DNA of 64,000 nucleotides, from assembly GCF_009914755.1 (NCBI RefSeq), contig NC_060935.1. One strand, 5' to 3'. Positions within the stretch are counted from its first letter, which is position 1; each line of letters starts with the position of its first letter. Both the position numbers and the translations under genes were made by a program. Below, piece after piece: positions 53,436 to 64,000 of the stretch. This DNA is from the human T2T-CHM13v2.0 reference genome, Homo sapiens. Below the pieces are notes generated by a model that saw nothing but the letters and a program-made list of their open reading frames with translations, did no database searches and was not told the DNA's origin.

Positions 53436-54994
53436 GATGGTGCATTTTTTGGTCTTCTTGTTCAAGTTCTTTAGGTTCACTTTCTGGAGAATGGTCGAGA
53501 GAAGCATTATGATGGCCTCTTATAGAAGATCTCCAAGAGGAGAAGGAGCTCCTATCGGTTGGTTTTCTATATCCAAGTGTTCTTTTCCTACATGCAAGAT
53601 GTGGGACCAATTCCCAATTTTGCATTCTGATTTAAATGAGAGGAGACATCTTTCATGTCTGAGTCAAGAAGGGCAATACCTCGAAAAAGTAATTTAAGAA
53701 AAATGATGGTGGCCCAAGAACTCAAATCAATAAATTCCCACACCTCCCCACAAGTCCTGGCTTATTCATTCCAGAAGTAGCACATTTCCAAATGCTCTGG
53801 CCAGGTCTGACTGATGTCCTAAAACAGATCAGCTCTAAGCTGTACTTTCTTCAGCCTCTTTTCACCCCAGATCTCTCTTGTTCCAATTTCCCTGTAATGG
53901 CAGCCTCCTTGGCTAACATTATTACCATTTATTTCTTTTCAATTTCACCCCATAGCTCAGCAAGAATTGGAAGGAAAGGAGGCTTGAGGTTGCCTCTATT
54001 TTAAAACAAACATCTTGGTCCCAGAAAGGTGCAAACCAAATAGAAGGAATTTTTTCAAAAGAGAAAAAGGCAATTCTATTTTCTCAGGGACTTTAAGAAA
54101 AATAATAATCTGTGAGTTAGTGTTGTTCATTTGCAATGGAGCAGGAAATAACCAAACAAGGAGTAGAATGAGGATGTTGGTTGGATACTTCTGGGTAAAG
54201 TCTTCTGTGTGATTTAATTAACCTGATTGAAGAAAATTAGCAGAATTTTTGTCATTCACCTATTCAAATATAAATATGAAAGTGAAATACGATGTCAACT
54301 GTGTTTTGGGCATTATCTCCTTTTTTTTCTTTGATGACCTATGCTAAGACTTTCTACATTGAGGACAACAAAACGGAAGTTTCCTCTAGGGTCATTGGTG
54401 AATTTGTCACGTGAATAAGAAAGCCCTTTTTGCTCTCTCCGTACAATAAATAATGCATATTACAAGCTTTACAGGAAACAAATGAGTGCCTTCTAAATAA
54501 TTGATTTCTATCTTTTTCTTTCTTTCTATGACCTGGAACATTATGACTTTATGTGCACATTTGATGGGTTTCCTCTCAAATATAAAGAAAAATACAATTT
54601 TCAAGTAGCTCTTTTAGACATTTGAAGTATGCACAAAAAGGCAAAAATCAGAAGGTAAGAGACTTGAGACAGCCAGTGGGAGGACGGCCTGATTTAAGCA
54701 AGCTTCCAAGGTGCTTCTTTTTAAGTCTGTTGTCAATAATTCTGCTTCATATCTCCTTCTTTCCTCTGTCTACTTTGAGAGAAAGGAGTTTGCCTGATCA
54801 GTGGGGATTTTTTGTTTGTTTTTTCCTCAACTAATATTTAATTATTAATCATAATGTTTTGGTAGGAGTAGGGGATAATTCATGGGAATTAAAGTTTCTT
54901 TTTCTCTCAAGTATTGGCCTATAATTGTAAGGCACTTCATATTTGAAAAGCCTTTCCCCAGAGCCCCATGAAGCATATGTCTGCCTTCCTACCC

Positions 54995-55330
54995 ATATCA
55001 GTCCAAATGAGCTAAGTTGTGCTGTGGAAACAAACAACTCTAATATCTCAGGGTCTTAAAGCAGCAAAGTTGTTTGATTGCTTGTGGTCATAGTTCACGA
55101 AGGTGACCTACTTATTGTACACACTCAGGACCAGGCTAATAGTGGTGCCATCTTGACAGGTGCTTCCATGATAACAGAGGTAAGAAGAGGCCTGAGGGCA
55201 TACCCATCATGTCCCCTCCTTTTTCACTGGTCAAAGCAAGTCATAGGGACAACTGAGATATGATTGGGGTCAGAGATTGTAACATCCCCTGAGAAGAGCA
55301 GGAAATATTTGTGAACAACAACACTATCCT
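54995..55330 (-). mobile_element. Old MLT1 LTR fragment
   Basis: tatcagtcc...gctaagttgtgctgtggaaacaaacaactctaatatctcagggtcttaaagcagcaaag. Confidence 0.6.
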
Positions 55331-56205
55331 CCAGGACCCTTTACAGGTAAGGGACTTAAAGCTCAGAGAGACTAAGACAGTGGCCCATGGTCATGCAGAT
55401 GAATAGAAGGGGAGCTGTGTTTTCTCACCTCAGGGTTGGGTTTGACTGATTCTAGGTACCTGACCTGTATGTGCTGACTCCTCTCACCCTGCTGGAAGAA
55501 GCAGGGGACAGCATTACTTGGTTCTGGATATCATTTGCATCTTGTGGCTCAGCAAACCCTTTTATTTTCATGTTAAAATTGATATTTTCTTAGATTCTCT
55601 AAGACACACAGGGGTCATGTGGTTATTCGGCTTAATGGAGACTATAAATGTGACTCAAGAGTTACATAACCGAGTAGGCAGCTGTCTAGTCTAATTTCAG
55701 AGAGCTGAAAAGACTCCATGCACACGCCCCCACCCCTGTTCCTCCATGCCTGAAGCTCCCCCTAATAGGTACTATTTTTAATAGCTCTCATTAATGGAGG
55801 TGCTTATCTGTCAGGAATTGTGCTAAGTGCCTTCCTTTTACAATCTCACCTAATCATAGAAGTTGAGGAGCATTAGTGCCCCATTTAACAGATGAGAAGT
55901 TCATGCTTCTTTAACTTCTCAAAGTCCAACAGCCAGGAAGCTATTAAACACTGTGCTTTCTGACTGCCAAGCCTATGCTTTCGACCTCCATGTTTTATTG
56001 CTTCCAAAACAGGGGACAAGACTCCACATTTCACAACCACATATAAAATTTCCATGCAGATCGCCTTAGGAGAGAGATGAGGCCTGAGCTAAGTACAAAT
56101 ACGGTCCTTTAAGGACAGCCCAGTTTTAGAAGGGGAAGATTTAGGCAATAGTGGAGGAAGACTCGGAAAGGGATTCTATGGACTTGGAATAGGAGAAAAG
56201 TTCCC

Positions 56206-56662
56206 TGCGTTCATTTCTTAACAAACCAACAAAGTAACACAACCTGGATGGCTTGCAAAGCAGAAATTTATTGTCTCCTGCTTCTGGAGGCTAGAAGTCC
56301 AAGATCAAAATGTAGGCAGGATTGGTTCCATCTAAGGGCTGTGAGAGAGAATCTGTTCTAAGCCTGTCCCCTAGCTTCTGGTAGCTGCAGGCATTCCTTG
56401 GCCTGGAGATGATGTTCTCACCTTGTCTCTTTATACTGTCTTTCCTCTACACATGTCTGTGTCCCAATTTCCCCTTTTTATACAGATCCCGGTGATAATG
56501 GATTAGAGACTCATTCTACTCCAGTATGACCTCATCTTCACTAATCACATCTACAATCACATCTAATCACATCTTTATTTCCAAATAAGGTCACATTCTG
56601 AGGTACTAGGAGTTAGTACTTCAATATATAAAACTTAGAGAGACACAACCCAGCCTAGAACA
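56206..56662 (-). mobile_element. MLT1A/B-like MaLR solo LTR
   Basis: cagaaatttattgtctc...ttctggaggctagaagtccaagatcaa...tttccaaataaggtcacattctgaggtact; TSD ttccc/gtccc. Confidence 0.85.
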
Positions 56663-59600
56663 GTCCCCGATAAGGAACTCTCACACCTCTCTATCACAGG
56701 ACCAAGTTACTGCCAAAGCTTCCCCAGAGGCTGCCTGAAGAGGCCATGACCCAGCCCAGAAGAAATGAGGAGTTGCCTATACCCTGGGGCGGTGGGGTAG
56801 GATTGGGGGCGAGGAGACAGGTTCTGACAGTGGGAGGCCTGAAATTGGAGATCTCTGACTCTGTGGCCTTGGAAGCAACAGGAGTCATTGAAGAATCACA
56901 TGGTCCCCAAAGCCAGGCCAGTATGTGCTTCTGGAGACTAAAACAACCACATGAGCTTCCTAAAAAGTCCCTCCATCCTACCCAAAATAAGTAGTCTGCA
57001 ATATAGGGGGAAGGGCACTTCTAATTAACAACACTTTCTTCTATTTTTAAGAGCCATTTTATATCTTTTTGAAAATCCCCACCCCATCCTCCCCTTAGGG
57101 ATGGTATCACATCTCCAAAATCATCATTTTTACATTTTATTTTGGATGGTTCACACTGAATGGAAAATTGAAGATAAAATATTTAGGCAGCACATTAGTA
57201 TTCATTGTGGAGCTTTTTCTTGTTTCTCATTAGTGAATATATTTTCTGCTGAAAATTTTCTATTATGCTTCCCCCAAGGTAGCATTATTTTGAAGCTAGA
57301 ATGAGTAGAGATAAAGAACTATTGATAAAATAAAAAGTTTTTCTGAGCTGGTTTGTGCAACTTCTATTTTCTTCTCAACCTTGGTCTCTTGTACATCTTT
57401 CAAATACATGAGAGACTTATGGGTACATCACTTGAAGAGAAATGTGCTTGACCTCCTTGAGCTCAAAGGATTTCATAGAAAACTGGTGTGTACCAAAGCA
57501 ATTGCAGTTATTCTTTCTGACGGGTTAACTTTGTAAAAGTGTAACGTGCCTGTAGTTTTGGTGCCCAGGCACTGAGGACAGCCCTCAACCATTCTGACTG
57601 ATATGGGTTTATGATTGATGGGCTGTGTGGTGTGGGCGCTTAAATATAGGACTTGAAAGTCAGGGGATGGGCCAAGGTCTGACTCCACTGTAAACTGGGA
57701 CTGTGACCAGGCCAACTGCTTCATCTCTCTGGGTTCCAGGTTTCTCCTTCTTTAAGATGGGGGAGAAGGGGTGTGAACAGCCTTTACAGGCCTTTGCAGG
57801 ATTAACATTCTGCATTTTTTGATTCTCATTGATTACAAACGCTTTCAAATCACTGGTGTATTGATTGAGGAAAAGCAATCATTCCTATTTCATGTGTAAC
57901 TAAATCTGCTTACAATTTTTTGGAGTTGAGAACAGATTTGTTAAGACCAGCAGGGAAATTCTTATTGTCTAGTTTAGTAGAAGGAGCCAGTTTAGCCAGA
58001 GGGGGTCCCCTTCTAAGGGATAAGGTATCTCTTAGTCAATAAAGATCGCAGGGCTGGCTGTTCGGACTAGTGACAAATGAGTCACAGCCAATCCTTGGAA
58101 GAGTCAGAGTCGTAACAGGAGAAGGAGGCCATTCAGCCTGGGAGCTTTGCCAGGAGCCTGCTGGAGCTAAAAGGATAGACCCCCAGTTACTTCAGCATTG
58201 AGCATCTGGGTGCCTGGTACCCAGGCAGCCTAGGATCATCGTGACAGAAGAGAACAGGAACGGCAAACATCCCTCCCTCATATGCCCTCTGGGTTATGTC
58301 TTCTGCCTTCTAAAGACAGAAAGTGTGGGTGAGGTGGCCCTCTGAAAGACCTCACTTATTAAAAAAGGATCCTTAAAGGTTTAGAGTAAACTAAGTGTAA
58401 ACTGCTCTGGATAGCTACTTAACTTTCTTTTCCCAGCTTGCAATCAGATGAGGCCTCTTCATCAGGATCAGCTAGAGACCAAATAAAGAAACGATACTCT
58501 CCTTGTGTATCTGAGTTGTGTTATAAATTTGGTGAGCTCTAGACTTCAGGAACCCCACCATATGTGAAAGAGATAAAGATAGGGGATGCTCTGCACAAGC
58601 AGAGGGCAATAGCCTTGACCTGTGGCTCATAGCACCTCCAGCATCCCAAGACACCTCCAAAAGACAAAGTTTAAAAACTCTGGTACTGAGGGTTTGTAGC
58701 AACATGGCCCCCAGTGTCAATCCTAGCTCCTAGACTTACTAGCTGTGTAGCCACTGACATATCATTTAACCTCTCTGGCAGGATTACTATGAAGCCTATA
58801 TGAGAGAATGTGTATAAACTCTGGCCAAGGGCTGTGCAGAGAGAGGGCAGCCATAAATAAAGTGGGACAACAGCATGACACTGGGAATTATGGGAAGCCC
58901 CATGGTTGGCTTCTGCAAATTATGTTTCATTTACCTTGGTGATTTACCAGCTCCTAACTGATGTAACCAAATAGCTAGACTTCTGGGAAAATCAATTTAC
59001 TCTCAGTTAAAAGTCTTAGTTTTGTCCTCAAAGAGAAGTTTTCATTTTGAAAAGAAAAAGGAATCTCACTAAGTTAAATTTGCAATTGGCAGATATTCCT
59101 ATAGCTCAAGCAAATACACATGATTGAAAACCATTTTCCTGGCTCTTTGCTTCATGCTCTATCACTTTGCAGTAGTGAATGAAATGATCATCTTGAACAC
59201 CACCATTGAAATCCAATTTCCACCTTGGCAGAATTGTTTTCACACCTTCATTCACCTGATTTCTCAAGAGATACTTTTTATCAGTAAACATTTCTCACTG
59301 CTCAGGTACAGTGAAGATACCTAGCTAAGTTATCTCAGTTGCATTCAAAGTAATTTACTTACTCAAGGGGGTTGCATGCCATAGTGGACAGAATCATGGG
59401 GTAGAGCAGACAGAAGTCTCAGTTTGGCTCATTCACTAATAAGTGGTCCAATTGGAACAGACTCCATTATCCTTATTTATAGAATGGATGTCAGTATCAA
59501 CTTCCCAGGTCTTTGTGAGTTTTTGTGACACAGGTAACATTTTAGGAAAGGAAGTTATAGGCTATAAAGCTTTGTTAATTTGTATTGGTTTTTGGACTAT

Positions 59601-62269
59601 CTACTTGCCATCCAGGAACATCCTACGTACTCGTTCATTGTAGAGGCAAATATAGTCTCTTTTCGTGGTTTGAGTATAATTCCATAGTCCAAGTCAAAAT
59701 TCTTTGGATTTCTATACTTTGGTGTTGAGCATTGAGTAGAAATACAGGGAACCAAAATAACTCTCGGTATGATGTCAAGAGAGCCTCATTCTCTCTAGAA
59801 ATTTTTTGAGGGCTAATAGGTTGATGCTACTTATTCCAAGATTCTAGAAACCCGCACAAGGAAAGGAAAGATTGCGTGACAAGACCTCTGAGTCCAGGCA
59901 CCTCAGAACCAGGGGTGAAGGCCACACTTGCAGACTTGCTCTTTCCAACTCCCCACATAAAGCTACTTTTTCCCCAAGCCAACCAATCCTGCCTTACCAC
60001 CTCCCCTTCGTTTCTCTGAGGGAATGAGGAAAAGCACTGTGAAACAAGCAAGAGAGTTCACTTTTTAAAACATTCGTCAAAGCTGATACTAACTAGCAAT
60101 GGTGTTGAGGAATCATGCATGGCTAATGACTGTCACTGCAGTCCATGCAAGAAAAATTCCAGGCTGCAAACCAGAGAATGAGGCTGGTGAAAAGACAACA
60201 GATGCGGTGCCAGGGCCATCAAATCAAAAGGAGGTTTCTCCAAGGCCTTCATGCCATCAACATTTTAAAATCTACCTTGGCATTGTCAGAGCTTCTTTTC
60301 TTTTTACTCATCAAATTTGTGTTAGGTACGCCACCAACTGCTTTTAAATCAATTTTCTTTCCACACAGACAGCTCTCTGCATCATGTGATCAGGAGTCAG
60401 GGAGCCACAATCCTCACAAATTTCTCTCTGCTCTTCAAAAAGAAACAATATTCATCACCATAAAACAACTACTATCAGGTCAGTTCTGTGATTGTCTCCC
60501 ATCTTTGAAATATATAGCAATGCAGGCATTTGAGGAGGCAAGGGTGGATTTCCCTACTCAACTGAGAAGAGGTAGTGCTTGGACACTGTTTCCAATGACA
60601 CTCCTTTATGCCCCAGGTATTTGTCCGAAGTCTAGTTCGATATACGATAAGAAATAAGCTTAGAAAACAAACAAACAAAAGAAATAGGCTTAGCTCCTAA
60701 GATATCCTTAAGTAGTCTTTGTCACTTCATAACTGATTACTTCCTTTTATCTCCAATTTTAAAGAACAAGCTGACAAATTACAGTAATCAGAGAGAATTT
60801 GAGCATAAGTTTGCTTGAGAATCTTCTAAATTGATATTTATGTAAAGCCTAAAGCCCGACTCTTGTAGAAAAGGGTCTATTTCTTAGTATTTAGAAATAT
60901 GTGTCTGCCATGACTCTGATTGGGAAAGCAATAAATAAGTTCTGGTTATCAACATAGAATGTTGTCCTCATTTATTTTTCTGGAAAGAAAAAAAAAATAT
61001 ATATATATATATATGAACTTATTGATTAAAGAGACAGCTGTCTGCTAATTAAATCTCTCAGCTCCCCAGAGAAAGAAACATGTATTATACAATTTGAACT
61101 GTTAAGATAATGATAAAAGGTGACATCTACGATGCAAATGTTTTACACTTCAGAAATAAAAATCTAAACACATTTTTCTCATAAAATTATTGGTTTTTTT
61201 TTTTTGCCTTTCAAGAGGCTCCTCAGAATAGCACTTGCTCCAGGGCCATTGGCTCAGTGCAGACAAAGCTCATTTACAAGTCCCCCAGTTGTAGGCTACA
61301 AGCTCAGTGACTCGGGTTCCAATGTGTTTTACTCATCATTATATTCCCAGTACAAGATATGATGCTTAGCACAAAGTGGGTACCAATGACCAAATGAATA
61401 ATTTTTTAATAACTTTGTTCATGTTCTTACCACTGTCTGGGATAACCAAAACTTTTCTACCATCCCAAACCGGCTATTTCCTAACTTAACGCGTGTATCT
61501 TCTTCAAGGTCTTTCTGGACAAAATCCTATCCCCATTCATTGTGTTCTTAGTATTAATTCATATAGAACTCTCCTTTCTCTACCTTGGTTCTATTTACTG
61601 TCAAATATTGTTCCCTAATTATCTTTTCCCCAACTCAGTTGCAAGTCCTCTAATGACTGAAAACATTTATTATTTGTCTACCCTACAGGGCATAGCATAG
61701 TGCACACAATTAGTGGGTACATTATGGGAGCATGGAATGTAAACGACAGCAAGTCTTCAAACAAAACATACCAAGAGTGCAATCTAGTATTACATGGTGC
61801 CATAATCTCTTTAACAAGATCCTCTTCCTCATCCTAGCCACAAACCACTTCCTCCTCCCTGTTCAAACTTCTAAATCACAAGGTCCTTATGTTTTTGTAA
61901 TGAGAAGCTAGTTATTGCTGCCTTACTTTCAGTTCTATCACCTTATTCATGAGGTTGGTGAGCCAACTCATCTGTCCAGGCTGTCTGCCAAGAGGGCTAT
62001 AGATTCCAGGGAAAGGTTGTGCTGAGGTTACAAGCAATAAGAACTCAACTTTAAGTGCTTAAGAAAACAGTCAAGCTCTGAAATCATAAAGTGCCATTTA
62101 TAGGAAAGTGATATGATTTTGGGTGCACATGCAAATGTTTTATTATCTTGTGAGAAAACAGAATAATTCTAATCCTTGCTTGAAACTTAAGTCTTATGAA
62201 AGAAAATATGACCCTACTTAAGGACCTTAGCAAGAAGGGTAGGCTTATTTTGGATGACAGTCCAGAGAA

Positions 62270-62700
62270 GTTGTCTGAGACTGGGTTCTCCCCAAAGCAG
62301 ACCCTGGCACAGGTGTGTGTTCAGGGAGTTGAATTAGAAGGGAGCAAGAGGAAGGGACAAGGAAGCAAAACAGGGAAGGAGGAAAATAAAAAGAAGGATG
62401 GATGTTGAATTGGCCACTATTACGCTTCATCCCATGAGACTATCTGAGGGGTCTACAATTACCCAAGAAATGAAAGGGAGTAGCAATTGCCCATCAACTC
62501 TGATCCCCTGTGTCCCCACAATTCCAGAGAGGCTCGAGGGCAGGTAGCAAGCATGAGAGGGCCAGAAGTAGTTGATGTCAGGTGGTGCCTCCACAAACCT
62601 GGTTGAAGCTTGCCTGGAAGTGGTTGCCTTGTCAGGGACAGGAAGCAGAGCGGCTAAAGAGACCTAAAGCTGTGCACAAAGATGGTTCCACTCCAGGAAC
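62270..62700 (-). mobile_element. Probable old ERVL LTR (LTR16-like)
   Basis: tgtctgagactgggttctccccaaagcagaccctg start motif; boundaries uncertain. Confidence 0.45.
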
Positions 62701-63976
62701 ATAGGCTGTGGCACTAACACTCCCAGCAAGTGCTAAGGGCCCTGATGGTGCCCAGGGACCTGGCCTCTAGCATGGTGACTGTCCTCTGACATGTTGATTG
62801 TCCTCATGTTACCAAAGGCCTTCAGTCAGATATGGCTCAGACACAGAGCCTGCTCAATTTTTTATGAATTCAGTTTTGCTAAAATAAGCCCTTTTCCTCT
62901 AAGCTAAGGCATCAACCCAGCTTAGAGAGGAGGTGATTCAGCATTGCTTACTAAGAAGGCTAACTCCCATGCAACGTTGACAGAATTTGTTATAACATCT
63001 CCTTGGAAACCATTCCAGTGTCTGAGCATCAGAGCACCCAGGCAGCCCACAAATACCAGAGACAGGTGCTAACAGGGATCACATAGGCCAGAAATCAAAG
63101 GCTGCCCTTCAAGTTGCATTATGCTTACTCAGTCTACTAAAAGTTTTGTGTTTGCTGATTTTTCTTCTCTAAATTCATCCAATTGCTGATTTGACTATGT
63201 CCTTCATCTACTCAAAAATAATTTTTAAAAGCCCATCTAGTCTTTTGACCCAGGCAATCCATGACAAATTTATTGTCAGTAGTATTTAAAATAAAACAAA
63301 TTTATCTTCCAGACCTGTAACTAGGAAAAAGCATCATTTTTAAACGATGTTTAGAGTTTGTATATTCTTAATACTTCAATAGTAGGCAAGTGAGCCCCAA
63401 GTGCAGAATATTAAAATTTAATAAACAGGCATTTCCTCTAGCAGTTTCCACCCCCAAATATTAGGACCATAGCACTTTGAAGCCAAAAAGTGAGGCGTAT
63501 TCCCAGCCAGTGGGAGGATAATCGTGTCCTTGAAATAACTCAGTCAGGATATTAAGACGTGATCGTAAACAGTGAAACGCTAATCCGCACCAACGTTTTT
63601 AAGCTTTTTGGACTATGAATCACATACTTCTCCCGACTGACAGGTAGTTCCTGGTCCTAGCAAAGTTAGAGCTGATTTGCTTTTAGTCCTTGCTGACATT
63701 TGGTTCTCTAGATTTTCCTTTGATTTTGTGAGTTGTCCTCACCGTGATTTCCCCAGACATTTTGTTTTTAGCCAGTTAGTTTCTAAGGTTTGTTTCCTTA
63801 TGAACAAATAAGTTATGTTTACTGGTAACTGATACTTCTTAAGGCAAACTCCAGCAAAAATACTGAGAATGTCCTTTACAGAAGGTAAGTAGGGGTAAGA
63901 AGCTTACTGAGAGGCCATCTGTGCTCCTAGAATATAGTCTGATTTGAAATTAGTATGTTTTTGAAACAAGTAATTT

Positions 63977-64000
63977 GTGTGTGTGTGTGTGTGTGTGTGT
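63977..64000. repeat. (TG)n microsatellite running off the window end
   Basis: Read directly from the sequence. Confidence 0.95.

Noticed and set aside
60145-60657. 170-aa ORF in unique sequence
   Set aside because: No recognisable homology, composition typical of random frames, no supporting gene structure

Overview
Primate (human-like) nuclear DNA, AT-rich and dominated by transposon relics: L1PA and old L1M LINE-1 pieces, Alus, MIR, L2, L3/CR1, MaLR/ERVL solo LTRs, hAT MERs and microsatellites. I cannot support any intact protein-coding gene. The recognisable ORFs in the track are decayed L1 ORF1/ORF2, Alu read-through or microsatellite artefacts, so the window is probably intergenic or a long intron. 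I did not find a convincing new biological system. The most notable items are: (1) a ~175 bp mitochondrial cytochrome b insertion (NUMT) at 31038-31211; (2) a ~1.1 kb TSD-flanked insert at 17615-18740 that looks like a retrocopied transcript polyadenylated inside an MLT1C LTR; (3) an unexplained exact 20-bp direct repeat bracketing ~1 kb at 24229-25249; (4) a twin-primed inverted L1 with a perfect TSD, next to a second L1 lacking a 3' end; (5) a 775-bp TA-rich expansion containing a perfect 74-bp palindrome; (6) a CpG-retaining non-repeat patch with splice signals near 63.5 kb. Subfamily names come from remembered consensus sequences, not from a search, and boundaries of old repeats are approximate.
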